DNA of 64,000 bases from Hypanus sabinus (taxonomy: Eukaryota): assembly GCF_030144855.1 (NCBI RefSeq), contig NC_082728.1, positions 29,078,001 to 29,142,000 of the forward strand. Reading direction: 5' to 3'. Each line of letters opens with the position of its first letter. Position 1 is the first letter of the stretch. The notes beneath the pieces were generated by a model. The model saw only the letters and a list, made by a program, of their open reading frames with translations, was not told the origin of the DNA and did no database searches. The position numbers were made by a program, and so were the translations under genes. Positions 52,376-64,000 of the stretch are shown here, in pieces.

Positions 52376-53674
52376 ATAAAACCAACGAGGAGTAGGAGTT
52401 AGAACACTCATTCTATTTCTAGTGTTCCCACAAACAATGATCTCAGGTTAAGGACCCTTTATCTTGTTATTTCATGTTCACGTTATTTATTGATATATAT
52501 TTATATTTGCATTTGTGCAGTTTGTTGTCTTCTATGTTCTTGCTTTTTCATTGATCCTGTTTATGGTTATTGTTCTGCAGGTGTGGTGAGTATGCTCGCA
52601 GGAAAAAGAATCTCAGGGTTGTATGTGGTGACATGTATGTACTCTGATAATAATTTTTACTTTGAACTTAACTTACTTTACTTTATTTTAAGCAGTGACA
52701 GGCTGAGGCAATGGCTGCATTGTCCCTTCGGTACTGACAGTAAAATCCAAATCGTTGGCTGCCAGACATACCATTCAACATCCATAAAACACAAGCCAAT
52801 GCACAACTAATACTGGGGTGACAAAGATAAAAGTAAATATATTTGAGAGAGGGCAATTTAAAATAAAATTAACTAGTCTCTACATGATATGTATGAGTTT
52901 TGAGAATGGGAGAGAAAAATATTATTGTGTAAAGCTATGGATTGATAAACAGGAAATAAGTGGGGGAGGGGAGCGTTAGTTTGAGATCTATGAGTTACTG
53001 AAAATTTATTATATTTACTTGTGCAAAACCCTTTTGGGTGTTTCGTCGCAAGTAACTGAAAAATTATTCTTGTCTTCCCCTCAGTGTTCACCCCGCATTC
53101 AACTGCCTCCATCACTAAACATTTCTTGTCTCTGCTCGACAGTTGCCAATTGTAAGGTTTGTAGCAAACCATAAAAAAATGTACAGTTAATCAAAACCTT
53201 TCAATTAATTTTAGCTTATAGCAAATTTATATTCAGGAATCCATTCTGACAGAAGGCAAAATAGTGTAGTGGTTGGCACAACTATCTCATAGCTTCATCC
53301 CTTATCTTGTATGGAGTTTGCAAACTCTCCCTCTAAGCAAAGAGTTTCTTCCTGTTCTCAAGTTTCCTTTGGTTTGGTAAATGCATGCATTTGGTTGGTT
53401 GGCTGCTGGTGGCTTATAGAATCAAGATTAGGAAATAGGTGGTGATGCAAAGGGATAGATGGGATGAGCATGGACTGATGCATGACGGTCAGGATGGCAT
53501 TGGTTTACGTGAATGATTCTGGGAGTGAAGAGGTTAATGCATGAGGAGTGTTTTGATGGCTCTGGGCCTGTGCTCAATGAAATTTAAAAGGATAAGAGGG
53601 AATCTCATTGAAACCTGCCGACTATTGAATTGCCTGGACAGAGTGGACATAGGGAGTCGTGGGAGAGTCTAGGA

Positions 53675-56144
53675 CGGGGGTCGGCAACCTGCAGCTCCCG
53701 AGCCATTTGTGGCTCTTTCACCTCTGTGCTGCGGCTCCCTGTGGCTTTGGGAAATAATTGGTCAGTATTTAATTAAAATGTATTTTATGTTAGTTTGTTA
53801 GCTTTTGAAATGTAATTCTAAATTTGAAGATTATGGTGATCTTGTACAATCTAAGTGTGGCGACACATTTCCTCACAATTAGCCAGCATTCCGGCTAAGG
53901 GAGATAGCCTACGGGGGTTTGTGAGTACGCGTCTTTTGCAGCATCTGCGTCCATGGGGGCTGGGTTGAGGGAGGCTTAAAAGCAAGGCTGTTTAGTTCGA
54001 ATAAAGTTATTCGACTGCAGTTTACTGACTGCGTGAGCACACCGCTACAACGTGTTTTTATCGCTATTAATATACGTCACCACTGCCAATACCTGACACC
54101 CGCCAGTGCGCGATTTCTTTAATTTTTCGATCCAAGGTAAGCCAACCATGGAGAATTCTAAAAAAAGAAAAGTGACTGAAGAAAACAGAACGTTTAATGA
54201 TACGTGGACAGATTCATTTGCTTTCACTGTTGACGAGACTGGTTTACCGGTATGCTTAATATGCAATGAGGAACTAGCAAACAACAAAAAGTCAAATGTC
54301 GCAAGGCATTTCCAGAATAAACACGCAGCCTTTGCTCAAAAATATCCGGATGGAGATGAGAGAAAAAAAGCCGTTTCGGAACTGATGCGGAAGGTTGATC
54401 TGAGCAAAAATCATTTCCAGAAATGGATGAAGTCTGGAAAATCAACGACATACGCCAGTTATATTGCCGCTCGGGAAATAGTCAGGCACGGGAAGCAGTT
54501 TACAGATGGTGAATATATAAAAGAATCTTTCATTAAGATTTCAGAACATCTATTCATGGACTTTAAAAACAAGAGTGAAATTGTGCAGAAAATCAGGGAT
54601 ATGCCCCTCTGTGCAAAGACTGTCAAAGACAGAACCATAAAAATGGCAGAAGACATCACAAGACAGCAAATTAAAGACATCAATTCAGCTGTGGCCTACT
54701 TGATTGCCTGTGACGAGTCTAAAGACAAAGGTGATATTGAACAAATAGCGTTGTTCTGCCGGTATGTAAACTCTGCCGGGCCACAGGAAGAACTGATTGA
54801 GTTGATACCTCTAAAAGACCAAACACGGGGGGAGGACATCTGTGAGGCTGTCTTGAATTGTTTAAGAGCCAAAGGAATAAAGACCACCCATCTGGTGTCA
54901 GTAGCTACTGATGGGGGCACCGAATATGACGGGAACGCACAAGGGAATTGTGGCTTTACTGCAGAAGTCGCTGGACAGAAAGCTGCTGACTTTTCACTGC
55001 ATCTTGCACCAAGAGGCACTGTGCGCTCAAACATTTCCTCCGGAATGCACAGAAGTAATGGATGTTGTCATTCAGATTGTCAATAAAATAATGGCAAAAA
55101 GTTTAAATCACCGTCAATTCCGTTTGTTACTGGACAAGCTGGAAATTGCATATTCTGATCTCCTGCTGCACAACAAAGTCCGGTGGCTGTCCAGACGGAA
55201 GGTGCTGAAACGCTTTGTCGCGTGTCTGGAAGAAGTGAAAACTTTCCTGGGCAGCAAAGGGCTCAACTTTCCTGAGCTGGAACAGCCAGAGTGGCTGGAA
55301 AAGCTACACTTCATGGTAGACATGACAGCGCACCTGAACACGCTGAACACAGCTCTTCAACGGGGTAAGGACGTACAGCCCTGCACATGTTGGAGGATGT
55401 TTTGGCATTCGAGCGCAAGTTGACGTTGCTTGCCAGAGATTTACAGAAAGGCACATTGTCTCACTTCCCCAATTTGAGAGAGTTCAAACAAGGTCACGAC
55501 ATGATAAATTCGGAGTATTTACATTCTGCAATCATCGCAATGCAAACATCGTTTGGGAAACGCTTCTGTGAGTTCAGAGAGGAAAAAAACACATTATCCT
55601 TCCCGGTCACTCCCCTAAGCATCGATCCATCCCTACTAAATACGACTGCATTGTCAGGTGTGAGTCAACCTGAACAAGTATGATAAATATTTTAATTGCC
55701 TATTATTTTACGTATATTCATATGTTTTCATTGTTCAGTGAAATAGTCCTTTTATTTTTCAGGTTGACAGCTGGCTGACGTTATTTTTGGTTTGCTGCTG
55801 GCGGCAAATTTAAGTTTGGCGTTTTTCATAAATACAAGAAGGACTCAAATAGACGTTGAGTATTTTACTTAAAAGTAACCTTCAACCCAACGTCTTTTTT
55901 TCGGAGTTCAAAATGTTTTTGTTGCATGCAGAAATGTAATTTCATTTTCTCTGCAGGAGTTCATCAATTTCATAAATGCAACACATTATAGTTTGTTTAT
56001 ACATAGCATAAAGGCAAAACAAAACGTTGTATGCAGTGTTATTTCATTTTAAATGTCAAGCGGGTTTTGCGGCTCCCAGTGTTTTCTTTTCTGTGGGAAA
56101 CGGGTCCAAGTGGCTCTTTCAGTGGTAAAGGTTGCTGACCCCTG
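53675..56144 (+). mobile_element. hAT transposon of the Buster/Charlie group, 2470 bp
   Basis: TIRs CGGGGGTCGGCAACC / GGTTGCTGACCCCTG; perfect 8-bp TSD GTCTAGGA at 53667-53674 and 56145-56152 with central TA. Confidence 0.97.
54148..55683 (+). pseudogene. hAT transposase (GTF2IRD2/EPM2AIP1-like family), two frameshifts and C-terminal deletion
   Basis: Kozak GCCAACCATGG; MENSKKRKV (NLS-like); CLIC...RHFQNKH zinc finger; ACDESKD; ATDG/APNMTG; HCILHQEALC; VRWLS; frameshifts at ~54915 and ~55365; ends at SGVSQPE with no hATC dimerisation domain. Confidence 0.93.
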
Positions 56145-56354
56145 GTCTAGGACAACAGGGCACTGCCTTAGAATAAAAAGACATTCTTTTAGAACAAAGA
56201 TGAGGAGGAATTTCTAAAAAGATTGAAAATGGAGGAGGAATTTCTTTCCCAGAGGATGGCCAATCTGTGGAAGGAAAAGTCATTAAGTATATTTAAAGCA
56301 GAAGTTAGCGAGGATGGCAAAGATTGCTGGAAGAAAGCATAAGAAAGGGGTTAA

Positions 56355-57172
56355 GAGGGATGATGGCACCTAACGGTGACTCCTTTGCTTGCATCTTTGG
56401 AAACAGCTCTATTTCTACCTTTAATATCTTTATTTTTCCCTTTCAGGGTTCTTTTGAAGACCCTAACCTGGAACCCTACAGGCAGGCTTCCGTCCTTTGC
56501 GGGAATGGGACCCATTTTCGGGTCCACGACGGGCTGTTATTCAACATGCCAAGGGTTTGGCCTACGAGTCTCGATCGTGTTTGGAAGCCTAAGATCTCGG
56601 GGCTCTGCAGACCAGCGGATCGAGGGTCGGTGTCATGGCGGGAGACTCGTGTGTTGTTGGGGAGGCCAGAAGATCTTTCGCTGTGGGCCCAAAAGCTCAA
56701 GGTCTTTGTGATCTTTGGACACAGAGCTTGAAAAAAGCAATGAAACGGACTTTTAACATCGTAAACCAGCGGGCTCTTGTTATGTGCCCCGCTCGCTGTG
56801 AAAATGGGAAATACCTCCCTCTCCCTTAACAGGGAGAGAGAGAACTTGTGGGTTGTCGAATGTTGGATGAAATGCAAAGCCTTTGGGGTAACTTTGGTCC
56901 GTGTCCTTGCTATTGCTTAGCACATGCTTGTGCTTGGTGATGGTACTGATGTGTGTTTTTTTTGCTGGTGGAGGGAGGGGAGATTGTTTCTCACTGCCGC
57001 TTACGTGCAGGAGGGGGGAGCTGGGGGGGGGGACTCCTGGGTTCTCATGTTTAACTGTCGTTCATTCTTTGGGGCACTTCTCTGTTTTCGTGGATGTTTG
57101 CGAAGTAAAAGCATTTTAGGAAGTATATTGCATACATTTCTCTGACGTTAAATTTGACCTTTGAACCTTTGA
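56355..57172 (+). mobile_element. GC-rich non-coding retroposon with (CCTTTGAA)n tail
   Basis: Begins near GATGGCACCTAACGGTGACTCC; ends CTGACGTTAAATTTGACCTTTGAACCTTTGAA; interrupts the CR1 3' end. Confidence 0.6.
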
Positions 57173-58552
57173 AGGGGAATAATAAATCAGCCATGATTTA
57201 TACTAGCAGAGTAAGCTTGATCGGTTGAATGGCCTAATACTGCTCCTATGACTATGGTCAGCTGAATGACTTATATTTGTCCTCTAGGACTCTATAAAAG
57301 GCTGGATGCTAGGTGATATCAGTAATTTCTGTCTAAAGCCATCATAGAAGAAAAGAACCATTGGTTAACCATTAACCTTCTCCATTTCTCACACACACAC
57401 ACAAATTGATTCATGTATCAATGATAATAACGTGCAAGACGAGGTTAAATATCATGTACCTCAATATCTATTGAATTATCTATTTACATATTCTAACAGC
57501 AGAACCAAGTTCATAATTTCACAATGAATGCACTAAAGATCAAATTGCACTTCATTTGTCAACCTGCATTGCATTGCATCTTCTTTGCGAGGCTAACACT
57601 TTATTCCTTTTAACTACCTCAGAATACTTGAGTATGGTACAAACTCTCTGGATGACACGCAGACAAAAGTGTTTCAATGCATGTGACAATAATAATCTAA
57701 TGCAATAGTTTCAGACAATCTAGTTTCCCTTTCAAATAGATATTACGTTATTTTCCCATTTAAAAGAAACATGCCTGTCCATTTTTTCCTCCTGTGGAGT
57801 GAAATATGGTTTTTCACTTGAATACTGACTATAACAGTAACAAACCATGTTAAAGTAGGTTTAGAATTTCATTTTGAAAGCCCTCTGCTTGTATTAACAA
57901 ACATGAGATTCATTCTGGTTCAGCCAGACCGCTTGTAGTTATTCAGAGGAGAGTCGTCGTTAAAATGTTTCAGACAGAAGTGGCTGCTTGGTGTCGGACT
58001 GAAGGCTGCATTTTGCCTTTGACCGACCTCTCTGCCACTAGATAAAAGGGAACAGGATAAAGCTCAGTTTCACAGTTAGAGTGAACTCCTGATCTGAGTA
58101 TTTCACTGCTAAAACTTTCTGACAATGATACTCTGCACCCACTCCTCTGCAGTTTCAGTTCAGGGTTAGAATACAAACTCCTGCTACCTCAACGTGTCCC
58201 AGTTAGAAAGAGAGTACGTATCCATGTCCCAATTAGAGAGGCACATTATACACACGACGTATACACATGACCTCAGTTCCGACAAAAACTGTATAAAAAA
58301 ACAGTTAAGAAAAACTTCTCTTAAAATCAGAATGCAGATATCAGTCTTTGTGGATGAAACTCAATACATGGTTAGGACCTTGAAATCTTCCATCCCTCCT
58401 AGTGGATTATACTCACAATCCCTGGTTAACTTCTCACCATGACAGGCATCTAGTTTATGAAACGAATGTGTTGGAAGTGGAGGAAGAGTTTCACATTGTT
58501 GCAGAGTTCATGATCCAAATATTCCAGTTTAAAAAAGAAATCCTCTTATTCT

Positions 58553-58874
58553 TTCGTGTCGATAGCCAAAGGCCTTTTTCCCAGGACTGAAATGGATAAC
58601 AAGAGGGGGTGTAGTTTTAAGATGCTTGGAAGCGGGTATAAGGGGGATATCAGCTTTTCTACACGGAGAGTGGTGGGTGGGTGGAAAGCACTTCCAGAAA
58701 TGGTGGTAGAGGCGGATGCAATAGGGTCTTTAAAGAGACTCTTAGATAGGTACATGGAGCTTAGCAAAATAGAGGGCTATGCGGCAGGGAAATTCTAGGC
58801 AGTTTCTAGAGTAGGTTACATGGTTGGCACAACATTTTGGACAGAAAGGCTTGTTATGTGCAATAGATTTCTAT

Positions 58875-58876
<2 letters not shown>
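58553..58876 (+). mobile_element. CR1 3' end, same subfamily as 26582-27348
   Basis: Peptide LFPRTEM..RG.SFK.LGS.YKGD..FSTRRVVG.W.ALPE.VVEAD.IGS.KRLLDRYME. Confidence 0.88.

Positions 58877-58908
<32 letters not shown>
58877..58908. repeat. (TC)n microsatellite at the CR1 tail
   Basis: About 15 TC units directly after TTCTATGT. Confidence 0.9.
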
Positions 58909-58912
<4 letters not shown>

Positions 58913-59634
58913 CCCCACCCCCACCCCCACCTGCTCACTCTCCCACGCTCTCTTCCCTTTCATATAGATCTCCAAATGCATCTAGCCTTTGCAGTATCTC
59001 CTGGAAGGATGCTCAACATTACAAAGTGAATATCACATTAAGGCTGGTGAATTTTACCAATTAAGAGACCGATATAATAAAGAAATATGTACCTACCCAA
59101 GTGCATTCTGTCCTGTATAATTAGGTGATGGGGATTCTTGTTGTAACTAGAACATAATGTACTGTCTCTTGTGCCTTTTTACCTTCTTTGTCGGTGGTGA
59201 CATAACTGGAACACATCTGTATTGTGGGTGGAGGTATTTACTCAGCTGCAGCATCTGTTTTCTGAGCCCTAATTTTGTTACTCAGATTTTGGAACTTTGC
59301 CCTATGGTTTGCTGTGCCAGGTAGTTTATCCTTATGCATTACAAATCTGAAATAACTATTAAATTAGAACAAAGGTTCCCAAGAGCTTTCACTGATGCTT
59401 GCTTACATTTCTTGATGGAAGATCCTGCCAGGAGAAACCAAATGACTTATTTGTTTTTATGTGGAGTGAAACATAGAAACCAAATTTTCCTATTTCATTT
59501 ACACCATGCCTGCAATGTGACCAGTGAGAATGTGGAGAAACAAGTTTATTAATTGATACACAAGAATCAAAAGTATGGAACAAATTATAAAGTGTGGATT
59601 TACAGAAGTGTGCTACATAATTGGTAAGTAAATA

Positions 59635-60248
59635 TAAGGGATTATTGATAAGTTTGTGGCCTAAGGTAGAAGGAGTCAATTTTAGAAAACCTAGCACATT
59701 TATTTTTCAACATAGTCCCCTCCTACATTTACATACTTAGTCCAGCGGTCGTGGAGCATACGGATCTTGGACCTCCAGAAAGTGTCCACAGCATGCATGA
59801 TTGATAAGTTTGTGGCCTAAGGTAGAAGGAAATGAGTTATACAGCTCTCGTTACATGCACACGCAGTTCAACTCTTTGAGTGATTATGCAGAAAGTTTGA
59901 AGATAGTAACTGATCTCCTTCTACATTAGGCCACGAACTTATCAATCACCGGGGGTGAGTTATTAATTGATGAGTTATTAACTTCAAACTTTCTGCATAA
60001 TCACCCAAAGAGTTGAACTGCGTGTGCATGTAACACGAGCTGTATAACTCATCTCCTTCTACCTTAGGCTACAAACTTATCAATCACCCATCTGTGGACA
60101 CTTCCTGGAGGTCCAAGATCCGTATGCTCCACGACCACTGGACTAAGTGTGTAAATGTAGGAGGGGACTATGTTGAAAAATAAATGTGCTATGTTTTCTA
60201 AAATTGACTCCTTCTACCCTAGGCCACAAACATATCGATCACCCCTCG
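59635..60248. mobile_element. Palindromic mariner-derived MITE, 614 bp
   Basis: TA flanks at 59633-59634 and 60249-60250; ~280-bp inverted arms; terminus CGAGGGGTGAT...; arms encode the mariner transposase C-terminus IRMLHD(R/H)WTKCVNVGGDYVEK*. Confidence 0.92.
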
Positions 60249-62759
60249 TAGATACAAAAATATGATAATTGCTATAATGATTTTTGGGTTTAAGATGCAT
60301 AACAAAATATTGACTTCAGCGACCAACCTTCAGATCGGAATATGCATTGAAGATTGAAGGTAAAATGCAACTCTGGACAATGGATTCCTAAGAACCGAGA
60401 AGACTCCACAGTTAATTGGAAGACCAGATGATGCTGATTTAAATTTGTTATTTGTGCTTATCTGGTTGTCTGTAGTATGGGTGCAAAAGCGAGAGATATG
60501 AAAGTGGTGCATAGTTCAAAGGAAGCATTGTAAGTATGGAATTGTGGTGTGCAGCTCAAAGAAAGCATTGTAAATATGGATTAGTTTGAATTGTCCTGAA
60601 ATTTTCTTTAATCAAGTGGTTGTGTAGGGCTGGGTCAAGCAGATCTTGCTTCAAAAGGGTCTCTCACTCTTTCTTCTTCCCCACCTATCCCCTCTCTGTC
60701 TTGTGATTCCAAAGGCTGTCAGATTACTTGTGATATCTTGTTGCATAAAGAGACTGTACTTCTTTCTGATGACTTCATTCAGCAACAACAATAATTACCA
60801 GCTAAATTGTTTAAGAAAACAGCAATGAAACATCCAACTTCTTAGGAATGATATACCATGCATTTGTATATAATTTGATTAAATGAAAAGCTTTGTCTCC
60901 ATTCATCATATAAGTCAGCACTAGAACTGGTCAAATATTGATTACATTCTACTAAAATAATTCTGTACTTAACAACTTAACAATTGCTATCAAGTGATCC
61001 AAGTCAAATTATAGTTTTACTCCCCCTTAAACATTAAATCCCATTTGACTGAATAAAAATCTAATAATTTAATAGAAATACAGCAAAATAAATATTAAAG
61101 CAATTGCTGAAGACAGTTAAATGCTGTGTAGATTGTAACTATCTATGGCATTTTCACATATTAATATTTTATAAGTAAATATGGGCTTTTGCTGCTCTCT
61201 TAAATTAAAGTATTCAGATGAAAGAAATGGATGTTTTAATAAAAATTCCAGATTTCTTAAGTTTTACAGGTTCTTAGCTTTGCAGAAAGTTATAAAAGTT
61301 CAAATGATTCAAAGTGTGAAAATACCACTAACCAAAAGAGAGATATATGCATGATGCACAATATGTGACTACGATGGTATGGCAAACATTTTAAATGTGC
61401 ATTATAGTTGTAATTGTAAAGAGGAAACAATGAAAAGTTCTGAAGTATTTTTAATCTATGCACATCAGCCTATTCCTCTTCCTTTTTCTGCTAGTATATT
61501 TGGACCTTTATAACTTTCTTTGATAAATAAAATATATATGCATTTGTAATATTGTACAACAGACTTGCATTCTATAGTCATACATAAACATTGATGTACT
61601 GTACATGTGATGCAAATTTTGAAAGTTGCCATTAGATGCAAATAATGTACACATTCTAATCTGAGTTAACTTCAGTTCTCATTCCAGTCATTTTACCAGC
61701 ATTGAATGGGTTAGGTGACCATGAAAAGTTGTAAAAGTTTTAACCAGTTTTGTCTTATCCTATCACAAGCAGGTTTTCCCAAAGCTTATGGATAATATAC
61801 TATTACACACAGTGGGATTTTTGCTGTTAACAGCTTGATGAGGGGACATATCTCCCCTTAAACTTGGGGTGTAAAGCTAACATTTCAGGACAGGAGTAAA
61901 ACCCCTTTTCTTACATGAAATATTGGATGTTTTATGGCAAAGAATGGTGTGTGCAAACAATGTTCCATTGTTCCAATTCCAGTTCCCTGTAACAAATGTA
62001 GAAGAACATTGACAATCAGACAAACAATTCCACCCTCAACCCCAGCCATTGCTTCAGTGCTGCATGATATGCAGTGCTATTTTTCAACTTCCAAAGTAAG
62101 ATTCATCTTCATACCAAATCTTCCTCTAAGTTATATTTTGCTGCCTCCATAATCTTCACACTATTTGCAATATCTTCTGTGTCCAGCTATATTTTAATAA
62201 ATGCCAATGAACAGATCAAAACAGGTTGACTATTCACACGTCTCTGATCTCAGTACAAAGCAGAAGCAAGCTCTAACATTCATGACACTGGATCTGAGAT
62301 GGAATCCTGGATGTTATTAAATTTTACAAGTAGCTTTCTTATACTTGGTCATTTCTATCAAGACCATTGACGAGGGCATTCGAACCTGCTTTGGTGCCCC
62401 AAGTACAGTATTACTAACAACCTGCCAATAATAACACACAAATCACAGGGACAGCATCATACAAGACCACTAGAGTTAGGTCAAGTACACTTATGAGAGA
62501 TGCCACTGGGAAAAATCTGGGTAAATATTAATTTCTGAGAGATGTGTTAACTTAATTAAAGGAAATCAGATTTCTGTCACTCTCAATTTGTGCCACTTCA
62601 TTTATTGATCTGCTGATCATTATGTGAGGTGGTGAATGCATGTTTAATGCAGTCACTTGTCCATGTAGTACTGAAGACAAGGCTCGATGTAACATAGAAA
62701 TAGCTTTAATGGATATTTTTCTTTGATGGGGTGGTGTTGCTGTTCAGTGGAATTACTAA

Positions 62760-64000
62760 TAGAGCATTTGATCTTCATTGTATTCTCATATAAGAAATTA
62801 CTTGGACTGTGGTTGGTGTTCTAGGAAGGAGCAACAAAAATCAAAAGTGATAAGAAGCGAAAAGAGAGATTATGAGGGTAAACAAGTGAAGAATGTAAGG
62901 AAAGATTTTAAGAACAATTATAACATTGTAAAAAAAATTAACATAAATGTGATCCAATAGGAATGATGACTGGAGAGATTATAATATGAAAATAAATAAA
63001 TGAGTAAGCTACGAATAACAATGTTGTAAGTCTTCACCACATAAGACACAAAGCTTGGGACACAAAAGATTCATAAATGAATCATCACTCGTAATACTAA
63101 AAAGAAAGAACTAGAGAAATGTAGCGTTCTGGACTGATAGATTATGTACTCGGGTCATAAAGAAATGACCACTAATGATGATCTCCCAAAAAAATCCTGG
63201 TTCCTGCAGACTGCAAGGAATGCAACAGCACCTAAAGGAGAAAGAGTGTAAAAAAACCTACACACTAAATAACCTGACACTAATTGTTAGCAAAGGCCGG
63301 AATCCATCATTAAGGACAAACAAATAGGAAACTTATGGCAATACAACACTCAGAAAGCATGAAATACTTTGGTACAATCAACATCTTTTTTTTTTTGGGG
63401 TAGATCCAATAGAATCTTTTGAAGGTGTAACCAGCTGGGTGAGTGAGGGAAATGGGCAAGGAGACCTATGTCTCTGAGAAACTGATGTAGGAAGAATGAA
63501 AGCATTATTGTTGATTCATAGGACAAAAAGCAAGCACATGGTTAGAGTGTCAGGTGTGTCACATTAACCTTAAAAACAAGAAGGTCATTATGCAGAAGTA
63601 AAGAAGGTTCCATTAGACAGTACAATTTTGGTAAAATCTCATATGGAGTGCTGTGAACTGTTCTTGTCTGTTCTTAAAGGAAGAAACAATTTTCTTTGCT
63701 ACATTGCAGTATGAACTCATTATGTTCCTGAAATAAAGGCAGAATTCCTCTGAAGAAAGATAAAGTGTGGCTTATCTTCAGGAGTTTAGAAGAGAAATAG
63801 GTGATTTCATACAGAATTCCTGAAAGATTAGCAGGCAAAATATTGAGATGTTGTTTGGAACAGCGACATGGTCTCAGAAGTAAGGCCATTTAAGATCACA
63901 ATGAAGAAATAGTTCCTTACATACTGGATTGTGACCATTCGGAATTTTCTACATGAGGCCTATGGATTTTTAATCACTTGCCCTATTTAAAGCCAAGGTC
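62760..64000 (+). mobile_element. Very old, deleted CR1 fragment
   Basis: Scattered CR1-like blocks (GGAATCCATCATTAAGGA, TTTTGAAGGTGTAACCAGC, GGAGTGCTGTGAACTGTTCTTGTCT, TGTGACCATTCGGAATTTTCTAC). Confidence 0.55.

Larger units (their letters stand above)
53440..57260 (+). mobile_element. CR1 3' fragment split by two later insertions
   Basis: CR1 sequence runs 53440-53674, 56145-~56355 and ~57172-57260 (AATAAATCAGCCATG...GAATGGCCTAATACTGCTCCTATG). Confidence 0.8.

Noticed and set aside
54106-55086. 326-aa ORF as a host gene such as GTF2IRD2, EPM2AIP1 or a ZBED
   Set aside because: Flanked by TIRs and a perfect TSD, frameshifted, and accompanied by a MITE: a transposon copy, not a domesticated gene
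56324-57145. Cluster of overlapping ORFs on both strands
   Set aside because: Stop-poor GC-rich repeat; no recognisable protein motif in any frame
60118-60183. SETMAR-like exon
   Set aside because: Only the last ~21 codons of a mariner transposase, inside a palindromic MITE, with no SET domain

Overview
AT-rich, repeat-dense vertebrate non-coding DNA, either intronic or intergenic. The repeat mix (CR1 and Rex1/Babar LINE fragments, V-type and Deu-type SINEs, Penelope-type terminal repeats) points to a cartilaginous fish, probably a ray or skate; this is an inference from repeat recognition. I recognise no intact host gene, tRNA, rRNA or CRISPR array, and almost every ORF in the track is transposon debris or noise. 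The best-supported elements have checkable termini: (1) a 2.47-kb Buster/Charlie-type hAT transposon with an 8-bp TSD and a frameshifted, C-terminally deleted transposase, plus a 738-bp deletion derivative of the same family; (2) a 1-kb Chapaev3 (CMC) element with TAA TSDs; (3) a 614-bp palindromic mariner derivative with five TIR copies; (4) a 749-bp solo LTR with a 4-bp TSD; (5) a chromovirus Gypsy remnant; (6) a tRNA-headed SINE with a 12-bp TSD that shares its 3' half with a LINE-derived element in the same window. The most interesting leads are minimal hammerhead-ribozyme motifs in the Penelope-type repeats, splice sites bracketing the whole hAT transposase ORF, and a weak hand-picked chain of minus-strand candidate exons. 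I found no convincing wholly new biological system. Boundaries of degraded repeats are approximate (tens of bp).
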